Origin: an uncultured Bacteroidales bacterium
GTDB taxonomy: Bacteria > Bacteroidota > Bacteroidia > Bacteroidales > Bacteroidaceae
DNA length: 64,000 bases
Direction of reading: 5' to 3'
Assembly (NCBI GenBank): GCA_902781515.1
Contig: CACZJU010000005.1
Location: 28,911 to 92,910, forward strand
The notes below the pieces were generated by a model. That model ran no database searches. It had not been told where the DNA came from and saw nothing but the letters and a program-made list of their open reading frames with translations. The position numbers were made by a program, and so were the translations under genes. Numbering within the stretch: position 1 is the first letter of the stretch; each line of letters starts with the position of its first letter. Positions 9,185 to 18,731 of this stretch are shown here, one piece after another.

Positions 9185-12154
9185 TTATTTGTTTAGTACG
9201 TATCTAAGTGAAGCAGCCATTATAGCGCGACGAACCTCTGTTTCCCTGATGCATTCCAATGGGAAGCCGTAGGTCAACGTCCTGTGCTTCAATCCCTGAT
9301 GCGCTATGGCAAGGGGAATGCCGTTGGCAGTTGCTGTACAGAAAGCATCGGCTGTAGGCAGCAGGATGCTTATGCGGCGTGTGGAGTAACGTTGCTCGTT
9401 GGGCGAGGCGTACAGCGAGAACTTGGTATTCATGCCACGCACATTTGCTGTACTGTCAGTGAGAGCATAGCTGCCGTCGGACGTGAAGTGGAGTATGCTG
9501 GCTGCGAATATCGGGTCTATGTCCTCACCGATGTATGCACCGCTGACGAGCAGTGAGCCGCCGTCCTGTGTGAAGTTCTGCATTATCGACATCAGCGTGG
9601 GCGAGAATGGAGCGTGCGACCTCATGCTATAGCCGTCGTATCGCTGTGCTCCTAATATCAGGTCTATGGCATGATATCCTCCTGCTATATGTCCCTGCTC
9701 GAATGCTGAGCGCGATGTGCTTGAGATGCAGAGTGTTGTATCTACGTTCAGGAAGTCGCGAGCGTGCTGGGTGGGGAAGTCGAACGTGTTGCCGGCAATC
9801 AGCATACCCTCGAAGTCGCTGTTGCTCTGTCCGAAGTTCTCTCCCTTACCTCGCCGCATATTGTATTGTCTGCCGCAGTACGAAGTGCTGTGCTTATATA
9901 CGACACCTGGGTCTATGTCGAAGTCGAAGCCTCGCAGCGAGTCGTTGTCGATGGGTTGAGGACCAGCAAGACGGTCGAAGCCGTTGACGATAAGCATCCT
10001 GTTGCGTAGCACTCTCGGACTATAGACACACAGTTCTTCGCTCTCCATACTCACTCCGCCCTCGTTATGTGCACGCACAATGAAACGTGTCAATAGTCCG
10101 CGTTCAAGGGGTAGCGTCGTTCGTGTTGTGAAGCAGCGCCGTCCGTTGTCGAAGCCCTTGTTTCCAACACTGGTGTATATGACGTAGCCACTGGGAATTA
10201 TGTATGGGTTGGCAGGATCTGTCTGTGGTTTCCACGATAGTGTTACGGAATCGCCTCGGGCAGACACTTCGGCTGCAAAATCGCAAACCGGCATGGGTTG
10301 TGGTTGCAGAGGAGCACAGCGGTGAGCCGTCTCTGTGTATTCGAGTATTCCTTTATATATTGCGCGCGAGAGGAGCATTTTGAACACAGGGTCGTGTCCT
10401 CGCAGCATATCGGCAAAATTCTGGTGCGACATCGTTTCGAGAATCATGCTCGGAACCTCAGGCACTCGTGTCTCGGAATAATTGCGGTCGTACATTTGTC
10501 GGCGGTTCCATGTGCCGTAGGTGGCACGAATGTCGCTGACAACTCTGCTCATCACCTGTTCGCAAAGGTCGCGCGACATCATTCTTGACTGTCCGCTGCC
10601 CAACAAACCCTCTGCCAGCGTGCCCTCAAACTCTGCTGGAGTGTATTTACCGCTGGTGTATATTCCGAGTGTTCCGATATATGTCGAGTCAGAACGGAAA
10701 CCTGCGTCGCTGTGAACGGCGAGAGACATATCGATGGGTACGCACAAACCGCTATCACCCGGCAGATATACAGAGCCGCGAGCCAGCAGGTTCGTCATCA
10801 GCGAACGGGTGTTTATGTCCTCGGCATAGTCATTGACTTCTTCCTTGTTCTTGTACAGTTCGAAAGGCATTCCTGCCCATTGTGCATAGTAGCGGCTTGC
10901 TTCGAGATAGCGCGGCAGGTTGCTGCGTGCGAAAGCGTGTAGAGAGTCGCCTCGTGCCACATTGCCCATACCTCCTCCAAATCGCACTGCGTCAGCCGTT
11001 ATCACACCTTCGTGTGTGCTCTGGTTGGAAAGCATCACGCAGTTGTCAGTCGAACAACCGGCAGCAAAGTCGAATGTGCCCAGATACACCCATGTAGCGC
11101 CTCCCATCTGTTGGTTGACGCGATATTTTGTGTTGATGCCACGATGACGGACAGTATATTCGGCATCACTGACACTTGTGGGCAGAGTCTTGTAACTTAC
11201 ATATACGGCATAGCTTCCGTCGGCAGGTATTGCCGGCTGCCAGACGATTTGGCTAAGGTTGTGATTGCTTTTTTGCGCTTGCACACAACGACTTGTTCCT
11301 GCAAGGAACGGGTTCTCGCCGTCGAAATACACATCCTGTTGCTCACCGAAACCAGCTCCAGCCTTTTGCCATTGGTGTTTCCCGTTGAGCTCTGTGTACA
11401 TCTGGCGGTTCGACATTTCTATCATGTCGTTGTCCACGACTACCTCGTTTCGCTGCCAGTCGCGTTCGCGTGGAGAGAATACTACGGCTCCAGCGTTTTC
11501 AAGCATCGGCATCAGGAAAGGAACTACGAACGACTGTGTGAAGATGTCCTCGTTGGTGCAGAAGAGCCGAGGTCTCTGCCAACCCCAAGTCCCTTTCTTC
11601 TGGTCGTAGTATCTTCCGTGACTTGCCCACAGGGAGATGTGTCTGCCCTTCAAACCGTGACTGATGTCATAGGGTCGCGAAATGGGAGTTACCCAAGCAT
11701 CTCCTTTGTATTCGCAGCCCCATTGGCGCTGTTCGTTAGGCGTCTCGTTGAGCGACTGCGGAATCAGTTCCTCCAAAGGTGCACCGTTAGCCAGAATCCT
11801 CACCTCGTACGTGCTGTATTGTGCAGGAAGCAGGCTTTTAATCTCGCTGCGTATGCGGCTTACGGTCTCTTTTGTGAAAGGCTGTTCGCCGAATCCGGCA
11901 CTGGCGTTGATGGTTACTATGCGCTTCTGCGTGTCGAACTTCAGATCGGCAAGCTTCAGCGGTGTTCCGCTCGAATATGCTGTGTTGACGTAGTTTGAAA
12001 AATAGTTGTTGAGTTTGTTGCGTGTCTGGGTAACGACATTTCCCTGTGCAAATGTCAGGGAGTGGGAGAGTGATAGAATGATAAAAAGAGAAAGCAGCAT
12101 CAACCGCTTTCCCATATTTCGATAAATAATAGTGTTATATCTCATCAATTTCAA
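9185..12154 (-). CDS. Large secreted protein, amidase_3-like / 'xanthan lyase'-annotated family. Function uncertain.
   Basis: 989 aa with an N-terminal signal peptide (LMLLSLFIILSLSHSLTFAQG). It has an internal LAVHSDAGF motif reminiscent of MurNAc-L-Ala amidase. A segment HRGINTKYRVNQQMGGATWVYLGTFDF resembles the golvesin/Xly-type carbohydrate-binding domain. The family assignment is from memory only. The start may instead be ATG 12115. Confidence 0.5.
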   Translation of the reverse strand: MKLMRYNTIIYRNMGKRLMLLSLFIILSLSHSLTFAQGNVVTQTRNKLNNYFSNYVNTAYSSGTPLKLADLKFDTQKRIVTINASAGFGEQPFTKETVSRIRSEIKSLLPAQYSTYEVRILANGAPLEELIPQSLNETPNEQRQWGCEYKGDAWVTPISRPYDISHGLKGRHISLWASHGRYYDQKKGTWGWQRPRLFCTNEDIFTQSFVVPFLMPMLENAGAVVFSPRERDWQRNEVVVDNDMIEMSNRQMYTELNGKHQWQKAGAGFGEQQDVYFDGENPFLAGTSRCVQAQKSNHNLSQIVWQPAIPADGSYAVYVSYKTLPTSVSDAEYTVRHRGINTKYRVNQQMGGATWVYLGTFDFAAGCSTDNCVMLSNQSTHEGVITADAVRFGGGMGNVARGDSLHAFARSNLPRYLEASRYYAQWAGMPFELYKNKEEVNDYAEDINTRSLMTNLLARGSVYLPGDSGLCVPIDMSLAVHSDAGFRSDSTYIGTLGIYTSGKYTPAEFEGTLAEGLLGSGQSRMMSRDLCEQVMSRVVSDIRATYGTWNRRQMYDRNYSETRVPEVPSMILETMSHQNFADMLRGHDPVFKMLLSRAIYKGILEYTETAHRCAPLQPQPMPVCDFAAEVSARGDSVTLSWKPQTDPANPYIIPSGYVIYTSVGNKGFDNGRRCFTTRTTLPLERGLLTRFIVRAHNEGGVSMESEELCVYSPRVLRNRMLIVNGFDRLAGPQPIDNDSLRGFDFDIDPGVVYKHSTSYCGRQYNMRRGKGENFGQSNSDFEGMLIAGNTFDFPTQHARDFLNVDTTLCISSTSRSAFEQGHIAGGYHAIDLILGAQRYDGYSMRSHAPFSPTLMSIMQNFTQDGGSLLVSGAYIGEDIDPIFAASILHFTSDGSYALTDSTANVRGMNTKFSLYASPNEQRYSTRRISILLPTADAFCTATANGIPLAIAHQGLKHRTLTYGFPLECIRETEVRRAIMAASLRYVLNK

Positions 12155-12718
12155 TTACTCAGTTTCTTCCAGTCCTGTGGTAAACTGTTCGGGATGATAG
12201 CCCTTGAAGCCTTCGAAGTACTGCTTGATTTCGCGCATCTGCGTCTCTATGTCACCATTCGGGATTACCTGCTTGGTGCATTGTATGAGGCGACGCTCGA
12301 AGTCGAGTCCGTAGAGCAGAATGGGCAGTTCGCCTTTCAGGGCAATATAGTAGAAGCCGCGTTTCCATTCGGGCTGACGGCGGCGTGTTCCCTCGGGCGT
12401 GATGCACAGATGGAAGTCTTCGGAATTACGTGCCTTTTCTCCCAAGATATCCGTCACGCTACGGTTCTTGTCGCGATAGACAGGTATTCCGCCCATCTTG
12501 CGGAATATAGGACCGAGAGGCCAGAAGAACCACTCTTTCTTCATCATGAATCCGCAAAGGAACTGTTCTGCACCCATGAACAGGAGAGCCATTATGAAAT
12601 CCCAGTTCGAGGTGTGAGGCGCAAGTGCTATAATGTATTTACGCGGACGCTTTACCGTCTCTTCAAAGCGGAAGCCCAATCGACGGTAGAGTATCCATTT
12701 GCAGAATGCTCTAATCAT
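12155..12718 (-). CDS. Lysophospholipid (1-acyl-sn-glycerol-3-phosphate) acyltransferase family protein
   Basis: The HX4D motif is APHTSNWDF and block III is ITPEGTRR. 187 aa. The stop directly abuts the next gene's start. Confidence 0.75.
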   Translation of the reverse strand: MIRAFCKWILYRRLGFRFEETVKRPRKYIIALAPHTSNWDFIMALLFMGAEQFLCGFMMKKEWFFWPLGPIFRKMGGIPVYRDKNRSVTDILGEKARNSEDFHLCITPEGTRRRQPEWKRGFYYIALKGELPILLYGLDFERRLIQCTKQVIPNGDIETQMREIKQYFEGFKGYHPEQFTTGLEETE

Positions 12719-12736
12719 TTTCTATCCTTTAGCCTT

Positions 12737-13009
12737 TTATAGCAGTCCTTTAATCTGCTCTACGATGTCATCGGTCTGTGCCACAAGGTCTGTGCGCAAC
12801 TTCTTGAAGAATACCGATGGCTTCATTCCGGGTTCTACGTGACTGACGCGACTCAGCATGTCGTCCTGAAGATTCAGAATGCTGGTCATAACATTGTCAA
12901 TGTCGGCCTGAGGAGTAGGCTTCTGATAGTGCGTAATTGCCACACATTCAGCAAATAACTCTCCGCAGAGGAAGTTTATTGCCTTCTTTAGTTCTCTTCT
13001 CTTTGCCAT
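12737..13009 (-). CDS. Hypothetical small protein
   Basis: ATG at 13009 gives MAKRRELKKAINFLCGELFAE... The track start at 13045 adds 12 residues. No motif recognised. Confidence 0.4.
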   Translation of the reverse strand: MAKRRELKKAINFLCGELFAECVAITHYQKPTPQADIDNVMTSILNLQDDMLSRVSHVEPGMKPSVFFKKLRTDLVAQTDDIVEQIKGLL

Positions 13010-13170
13010 AGTGTATGGTGTTATTTGTGTAACAAAAGTGCTCAAAGATAATAATTCTTATTTGATGTTGCAACTATTTCCCCATTTTTTTTTGTATCTT
13101 TAACCTTCGGTTTTAGATACTCCCGTTCGGGAAATTGCAAATAAAATTTGCATTTCCGCTCACTTATTCG

Positions 13171-13178
13171 TATCTTTG
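13171..13178 (+). promoter_or_regulatory. -7 promoter box (TAtcTTTG) for pfp
   Basis: tatctttg lies 45 nt upstream of ATG 13223. An imperfect palindrome ggaaattgcaaat/atttgcatttcc sits at 13130-13157 just upstream. Confidence 0.5.
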
Positions 13179-13222
13179 CCCCGTATTTAAGAAACTATAT
13201 ATTCTAAATTAACATTTATATT

Positions 13223-14869
13223 ATGGAAAAAAGTGCATTGCAAATTGCAAGGGCTGCTTATCAGCCAAAGTTGCCAAAGGCTCTTCAAGGTCCTGTAAAG
13301 GTTAAGGAGGGCGCAGCCACACAGAGTGTAGGTAATCAGGAAGAGATTAAGGCTCTGTTCCCCAACACTTACGGAATGCCTGTTGTTGAGTTCGTTCCTG
13401 CTGAGAGCGAGAACAAGGAAGCCATCAACGTAGGTATCATCCTCTCTGGTGGTCAGGCTCCAGGCGGTCACAACGTCATCAGCGGTCTCTACGACGGTGT
13501 TAAGTCGCTGAACAAGAACTCTAAGCTCTACGGTTTCCTCATGGGACCTGGCGGTTTGGTTGACCACAAGTATGTGGAGTTCACCGATGAGTTCATCGAC
13601 GAGTATCGCAACACTGGTGGTTTCGACATCATTGGTTCTGGTCGTACAAAGCTGGAGAAGGAAGCACAGTTCGAGAGCGGTATCCAGATTCTGCGCGAGC
13701 TGGGCATCAAGGCTCTCGTTATCATTGGTGGTGACGACTCTAACACCAACGCTTGCGTGCTGGCTGAATACTATGCTGCCAAGAAGTACGGCGTGCAGGT
13801 AATCGGTTGCCCCAAGACCATCGACGGTGACCTGAAGAACGAGCAGATTGAGACCTCTTTCGGTTTCGACACCGCTTGTAAGACCTACTCTGAACTGATT
13901 GGTAACATTCAGCGCGACTGTAACTCTGCCCGCAAGTACTGGCACTTCATCAAGGTGATGGGTCGTTCGGCTTCTCACATCGCTCTGGAGTGCGCTCTGC
14001 AGTGCCAGCCCAATATCTGCCTCGTCAGCGAGGAGGTAGAGGCTAAGCAGATGTCTCTCGACGATGTTGTTACTTACATCGCTCAGGCTGTTGCCAACCG
14101 TGCTGCCGACGGCAACAACTTCGGTACTGTTGTCATTCCCGAAGGCCTGATTGAGTTCATTCCTGCCATCAAGAAACTCATTGCACAGCTCAATGAGGTG
14201 CTGACAGATCCTGCAACTGGCGAGCCTCGCGAGTTCAAGAGTGCCGACGAGCAGATTGCTTTCGTAATGAGCAACATCACAGCCGAGAACAAGGCCGTTC
14301 TGGAAAGTCTTCCTGCCGACGTTAAGCGTCAGCTCTGCCTCGACCGTGACCCACACGGAAACGTACAGGTTAGCCTTATCGAAACCGAGAAGCTGCTCTC
14401 TGCTATGGTTGCTGATAAGCTGGCTGCTTGGAAGAAGGAAGGTAAGTTCAACGGTAAGTTCAGCGCTCAGCACCACTTCTTCGGTTACGAAGGTCGCTGC
14501 GCTGCTCCATCTAACTACGATGCCGACTACTGCTACAGCCTCGGTTACAACGCCAGCCGCCTGATTTCTAACGGCAAGACCGGCTACATGTCTGTCATCA
14601 AGAACACTACAGCTCCTGCTGCTGAGTGGATTGCCGGTGGTGTGCCCATCACTATGATGATGAACATCGAGCGTCGTAACGGTGCCAACAAGCCCGTTAT
14701 CCGTAAGGCTTTGGTAGAGCTGGACGGTGCTCCCTTCAAGTTCTTCGCTTCTAAGCGTGATGAGTGGGCTCGTCAGACAGCATACGTTTATCCAGGTCCT
14801 ATCCAGTACTTCGGTCCCACCGAGGTTTGCGACCAGTGCACCAAGACTTTGGCTCTGGAGCAGAAGTAA
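13223..14869 (+). CDS. pfp: Pyrophosphate-dependent 6-phosphofructokinase (diphosphate--fructose-6-phosphate 1-phosphotransferase)
   Basis: 548 aa. GGDDSNTNA carries Asp rather than Gly at the PPi/ATP discriminator position. PKTIDGDL and MGRSASHI are also present. Length is typical of the long PPi-PFK clade. Confidence 0.9.
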   Translation: MEKSALQIARAAYQPKLPKALQGPVKVKEGAATQSVGNQEEIKALFPNTYGMPVVEFVPAESENKEAINVGIILSGGQAPGGHNVISGLYDGVKSLNKNSKLYGFLMGPGGLVDHKYVEFTDEFIDEYRNTGGFDIIGSGRTKLEKEAQFESGIQILRELGIKALVIIGGDDSNTNACVLAEYYAAKKYGVQVIGCPKTIDGDLKNEQIETSFGFDTACKTYSELIGNIQRDCNSARKYWHFIKVMGRSASHIALECALQCQPNICLVSEEVEAKQMSLDDVVTYIAQAVANRAADGNNFGTVVIPEGLIEFIPAIKKLIAQLNEVLTDPATGEPREFKSADEQIAFVMSNITAENKAVLESLPADVKRQLCLDRDPHGNVQVSLIETEKLLSAMVADKLAAWKKEGKFNGKFSAQHHFFGYEGRCAAPSNYDADYCYSLGYNASRLISNGKTGYMSVIKNTTAPAAEWIAGGVPITMMMNIERRNGANKPVIRKALVELDGAPFKFFASKRDEWARQTAYVYPGPIQYFGPTEVCDQCTKTLALEQK

Positions 14870-14884
14870 GACCCCTTTCCTAAA

Positions 14885-14915
14885 TCCCTCCCCGCTAATG
14901 GGGAGGGACTTTTTA
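14885..14915 (+). terminator. Rho-independent terminator after pfp
   Basis: A perfect 9-bp stem, tccctcccc (14885-14893) with ggggaggga (14900-14908), has a 6-nt loop and is followed by cTTTTTaT. Confidence 0.8.
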
Positions 14916-14916
14916 T

Positions 14917-15756
14917 ATGAATAAACAACGTAGATATAACAATCGGACGAGGGGTAGGGGTTCGCGCAAGCGTAGCTCTCGCGTTCGTTCGTGGTGGGCG
15001 CTGCTGGCTGGTGGCGTTCTCGTGGCAGTTGTCTATGTTGCTGTCTTCTATCATTTTTTTGTCAGTCCTCTCTCTTTCCGCTGGCGTGCCATCTACGGCG
15101 AGCCCGGCTATCCTTCTGGCTACAGCGTGATGGGAATCGACATCAGTCATCATCAGTCGGATGTTGACTGGCTACGGCTGCGCAATGCCCATGTTGCCGA
15201 CCTTCCGCTGCACTTCGTAATCATCAAGGCTACGGAGGGAACGAAGCTCATCGATGAGAATTTCAACGATAATTTCTATCGTGCTCGTGAAAACGATTTA
15301 GTGAGAGGAGCCTATCATTACTACAAAACGAATCGTGACCCGAAGACACAGGCTAAGTTCTATCTGAAGCAAGTGCATCTGCTCGATGGTGACCTGCCTC
15401 CGATTCTCGACATTGAGGAACGTGGCAATAAACCTCTGAAGCAGTTTCAGAAGGATGTTCTGAAATGGTTGGAGCTTGTAGAAGAGGAATACAACGTGGC
15501 TCCCATCATCTACACGGGTTATAAGTTCAAGGTCGATTATCTGAATACTCCTGAGTTCGACCGCTATCCCCTGTGGATAGCTCATTATTACGAGAAGCAG
15601 TTGAAGTATAAAGGCCCGTGGCTTATGTGGCAATATACCGACTGCGGACGTGTTGATGGTATCAAGGGAACCGTTGACCTCAACATCTTCAACGGCGAAG
15701 TTGCCGACCTCATGGCCTCCACCCTCCAGCCCTCATCCGACGAGCCCGAGGAGTAG
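14917..15756 (+). CDS. GH25 lysozyme (muramidase) with N-terminal membrane anchor
   Basis: GIDISHHQSDVDW, FVIIKATEGTKLIDENF and GAYHYY are GH25 signature blocks. The N-terminus is basic, followed by the TM segment WWALLAGGVLVAVVYVAVFY. Confidence 0.85.
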   Translation: MNKQRRYNNRTRGRGSRKRSSRVRSWWALLAGGVLVAVVYVAVFYHFFVSPLSFRWRAIYGEPGYPSGYSVMGIDISHHQSDVDWLRLRNAHVADLPLHFVIIKATEGTKLIDENFNDNFYRARENDLVRGAYHYYKTNRDPKTQAKFYLKQVHLLDGDLPPILDIEERGNKPLKQFQKDVLKWLELVEEEYNVAPIIYTGYKFKVDYLNTPEFDRYPLWIAHYYEKQLKYKGPWLMWQYTDCGRVDGIKGTVDLNIFNGEVADLMASTLQPSSDEPEE

Positions 15757-16581
15757 CATTGCCCAGCCGTTATGAGAGGTGCGGCTTTGCAATTCGAAAC
15801 CCAGTTCCTTGCCTTTATTAATTAGTGAAGCGGCATCCTCGTCGTAGAAGCCGCTCAGCAATAGCTGACCGCCCTTGCGCAGGGCTTTGGCAAAGCGTGG
15901 CAGGTCGCCAAGCAATATGTTGCGGTTGATGTTGGCAATCAGCAGGTCGTAGTCGCCTGTCTGTGGCAGTACGGCACTATCGCCCTCACATACATTTATA
16001 TTATATATAGAGTTCAGCTCGGCGTTGATGAGTGTGTTGCTGACACTCCATTCGTCTATGTCGTAGGCAAATATCTCGCTTGCTCCGCGTTTGGCGCACA
16101 GGAAGCCCAGCACTCCAGTGCCGCATCCGGCATCTATTATGCACATTCCCTCCAACGGCATCTTGCATAGCTGTCGCAGTATCTGTTGTGTAGTGGGATG
16201 TGTGCCCGTACCGAAAGCCATGCGTGGGTTGATGATGATGTCGTACTCGCAACGGGTTGGGGCAGGGTGGTGCGTATCGTGAACGCACACCAGACGGTCA
16301 ATCACTATCGGTTCGAAGCCCTCAGCCTCCCACGTTTCGTTCCAGTCTTCATCGGGAGTCTCCTCGCAGGTGAACGTGATGTTCACGTCGGGCATCAGGA
16401 AATTATCTGCAATACCCTTTACTGCCACTTCGTCGTACAACTGTTGCTGCACGTAGGCCTCCAAGCCGCGTTCCGTAGGAACGAATGTCTCGAACCCCTC
16501 GTCAGCCAACAGCGCGCTCAGCACGTCGCACGCCTCTTCGCTCATCGGCTCTATTCCGAACTCAAGCTTATAGTACTTCAT
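15733..16581 (-). CDS. prmA: Ribosomal protein L11 methyltransferase
   Basis: 282 aa with the SAM motif IIDAGCGTGVLGF. The N-terminal PrmA-type domain begins MKYYKLEFGIEP... It overlaps the GH25 gene 3' end convergently by 24 nt. Confidence 0.88.
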   Translation of the reverse strand: MKYYKLEFGIEPMSEEACDVLSALLADEGFETFVPTERGLEAYVQQQLYDEVAVKGIADNFLMPDVNITFTCEETPDEDWNETWEAEGFEPIVIDRLVCVHDTHHPAPTRCEYDIIINPRMAFGTGTHPTTQQILRQLCKMPLEGMCIIDAGCGTGVLGFLCAKRGASEIFAYDIDEWSVSNTLINAELNSIYNINVCEGDSAVLPQTGDYDLLIANINRNILLGDLPRFAKALRKGGQLLLSGFYDEDAASLINKGKELGFELQSRTSHNGWAMLLLGLVG

Positions 16582-16583
16582 CT

Positions 16584-18539
16584 TTATTTTCTCACGCTCT
16601 TCTTACTGTCGGAGATGAATATGCCCTTGTGGTTGCGGTCTTGAATCTTGCGTCCGTTGAGGTCGTAAATATTGTCCTTTGTGTCGCGGCTGTTGGGGAT
16701 ATCTCCGATGCCGTCTGTCATCTCCTGACTGTCGGTGTAGGTTATTGTCTTCAGGTTGTAGCAACCGGCAAAAGCAAAGTCGTCAACTCTGTCCTCCAAA
16801 CTCTTGTCAATCTCCATTTCAATCAGTTGGTTGCAGAGGTGGAATGCCAGACGATTAACGCCTGATACAGTGTATGTTACGCCGTTGTTCTCAATTGTTG
16901 CAGGAATCACGAGTTTACCCTCCGAATACTGAGGAATGCAGGCGTTGTAACCGTTGCCGATGACTGCCTCGTGTGTCTCTTCGTCAAGGATAGCTTCCAC
17001 CTCTATGTCCTCGTCGTTGAGGCTCAGCGTCACCTTCTTCACGTTTGCTACCGATGGGTCTGTAGAAGCCGTGCCGTCGAACATATTGCTACCTTTGCCG
17101 GTGAGAATATATTCCATCAGTTCCTCCTCATCCTTGCCGACATTAAGTCCGGTGAAGAATACCGCTCCACCATTTTCATGGTCCCACGAGATGTCTATGC
17201 CCGTGCCTGCGGTGTATAGCTTGCAGTTCTCGCCCAAAGTCTCCATTGCCGAAGTGGCGTTGTCGTAGGGAACCACGGTGTCAGAGCAGTAGTGCCACAT
17301 TGCTACGGGGTTCTTGGGCAGCCAGCCCTTCGTCAGGTTGTTGCTTTCGAGAGCCATGTGCAGGTCTTCGCAGATACCGCGTGTAGTGGGCAGTGCATCG
17401 AAGTTCTCGGCATTGCTGAAATATTCCAGCACCTGTGGTGTAAACAGGTTCTGTATATATGCCGTGCCGTCGCTGTTCAGAACCTTCATGAACTTCTTGT
17501 CCTCCTCTGCAGGCTTTTGGGCTTTCTCGTTGCTGTACAGTTTCTTCAGCGCATCGGTGATGTCGTCGGTCGTTTTCTCCTTCTCAGGGTCGTTCTTGTC
17601 GGCAATCCACTGGAAGATGCCGGTGTCTATGAAGTCCTTCACGATGTAGTCCTCCACCTCGTGCTCTTTCATGTAGGGGTTGCTGTCCAGCATTCCTTTC
17701 AGTATCAGGGGTATCACCACGGGCATATTTAGCAAACCGCCGTTCTCGCGCAGATAGTAGCGCACGGTGGCAATGGGGTCATAAGGACCGTCGCCGCACA
17801 CCGAACCTGCGAAGTGCAGTTCCTCGTCGAGGTCGTTCTGTTCTATGAATCTATGCGTTGCCAAAGCCACCGAACTGCCTTGCGAGTAACCTACGGCAGC
17901 CGTCTTCCATCCCTTGCGCAGGGGATTGCGGTAGTCGGCAATCACAGGACTCTCCTGATACAGGGCAATGCCGTAGCGTGTGGCATCAACCACCTGACGT
18001 GCCGTCAGTTCCTGATAGAGATAGGGGTGGGGCAGGTCCTTCGTTATTCCGTAACCCTCGTAGTCGGGCAGAATCACAAGGTTGTAGTACAATGGGTTGT
18101 CCTTCGACGTAGGGAACACACTGCCGTTTGCTGCGTGCCACATTAGCATTCCCGTGTCGCTTTTCCAGTCGCCGCTATTGTAATACTCCGAAGGTGTTTC
18201 CTTGTTACTGGTGATGGTCACGTGACAGCCGATGATGACGTTGTTGATGGAGTCGGGACTACCGTCGGGGAATGTCGCGAGAGCCGACATAATTACGGGT
18301 TCGCCATTGGCATTCACGGAAGGGTAGTAGAAGCGAAACCAGTACATATCGTACCAACTGTTGTACACCTCGTCGGTGAAGTCCGTTGCTTCTGCACTGC
18401 GTAGTGCGCGAGCCTTCATCGCGGGACTGTCGGCAGCCATCTTCATGCGTCCGAAGCTCTCTATGCGAGCCCCTTCCTGTGCCCATGCTCCTGTGACAAT
18501 CATCACCAGCCACACCGCCAGCAATCTCTTCATATCCAT
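16584..18539 (-). CDS. Secreted alpha/beta-hydrolase (lipase-like) with BspA-type leucine-rich repeat and T9SS C-terminal sorting domain
   Basis: Signal peptide LLAVWLVMIVTGAWAQ and nucleophile elbow GYSQGS. The LRR-like segment is VTYTVSGVNRLAFHLCNQLIEMEID...FAFAGCYNLKTITY. The C-terminus IYDLNGRKIQDRNHKGIFISDSKK resembles a T9SS CTD. Confidence 0.6.
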   Translation of the reverse strand: MDMKRLLAVWLVMIVTGAWAQEGARIESFGRMKMAADSPAMKARALRSAEATDFTDEVYNSWYDMYWFRFYYPSVNANGEPVIMSALATFPDGSPDSINNVIIGCHVTITSNKETPSEYYNSGDWKSDTGMLMWHAANGSVFPTSKDNPLYYNLVILPDYEGYGITKDLPHPYLYQELTARQVVDATRYGIALYQESPVIADYRNPLRKGWKTAAVGYSQGSSVALATHRFIEQNDLDEELHFAGSVCGDGPYDPIATVRYYLRENGGLLNMPVVIPLILKGMLDSNPYMKEHEVEDYIVKDFIDTGIFQWIADKNDPEKEKTTDDITDALKKLYSNEKAQKPAEEDKKFMKVLNSDGTAYIQNLFTPQVLEYFSNAENFDALPTTRGICEDLHMALESNNLTKGWLPKNPVAMWHYCSDTVVPYDNATSAMETLGENCKLYTAGTGIDISWDHENGGAVFFTGLNVGKDEEELMEYILTGKGSNMFDGTASTDPSVANVKKVTLSLNDEDIEVEAILDEETHEAVIGNGYNACIPQYSEGKLVIPATIENNGVTYTVSGVNRLAFHLCNQLIEMEIDKSLEDRVDDFAFAGCYNLKTITYTDSQEMTDGIGDIPNSRDTKDNIYDLNGRKIQDRNHKGIFISDSKKSVRK

Positions 18540-18660
18540 ACAGCTTTATTTACACTTTTCCAATCTTTTTTTCGCCGTAAAATTACACTTTTCCAATGAA
18601 TCTGCCAAGCGTTTCGAGGGAAAAAGTGCCCCGTAATGTTTCGCAGGTCGTGGGATTCTC

Positions 18661-18677
18661 TTCACAAGCCTTGTGAA
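18661..18677. promoter_or_regulatory. 17-bp perfect palindrome TTCACAAG-C-CTTGTGAA, candidate operator of island operon 1
   Basis: The 8-nt arms are exact reverse complements around a single C. A near-identical copy lies at 29461-29477. Both sit 56-63 nt upstream of a TATATTTG box. Confidence 0.55.
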
Positions 18678-18723
18678 AATAAATTAATCTGTGCTTTCCT
18701 ACTCGTTTAAGTAAAATAATCAT

Positions 18724-18731
18724 TATATTTG
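18724..18731 (+). promoter_or_regulatory. -7 promoter box (TAtaTTTG) for island operon 1
   Basis: tatatttg ends 23 nt before ATG 18755. Confidence 0.55.

Noticed and set aside
13187-14476. 429-aa minus-strand ORF
   Set aside because: It is antisense to the pfp gene, whose product matches PPi-PFK over its full length.
18661-18677. Interpretation of the first palindrome copy as a transcription terminator
   Set aside because: No gene ends upstream of it on either strand: the lipase gene starts at 18539 and reads away, and the kinase gene starts at 18755. A 1-nt loop is also sterically impossible without opening the stem. An operator is more plausible. The terminator idea is retained only as a minor possibility for the second copy.
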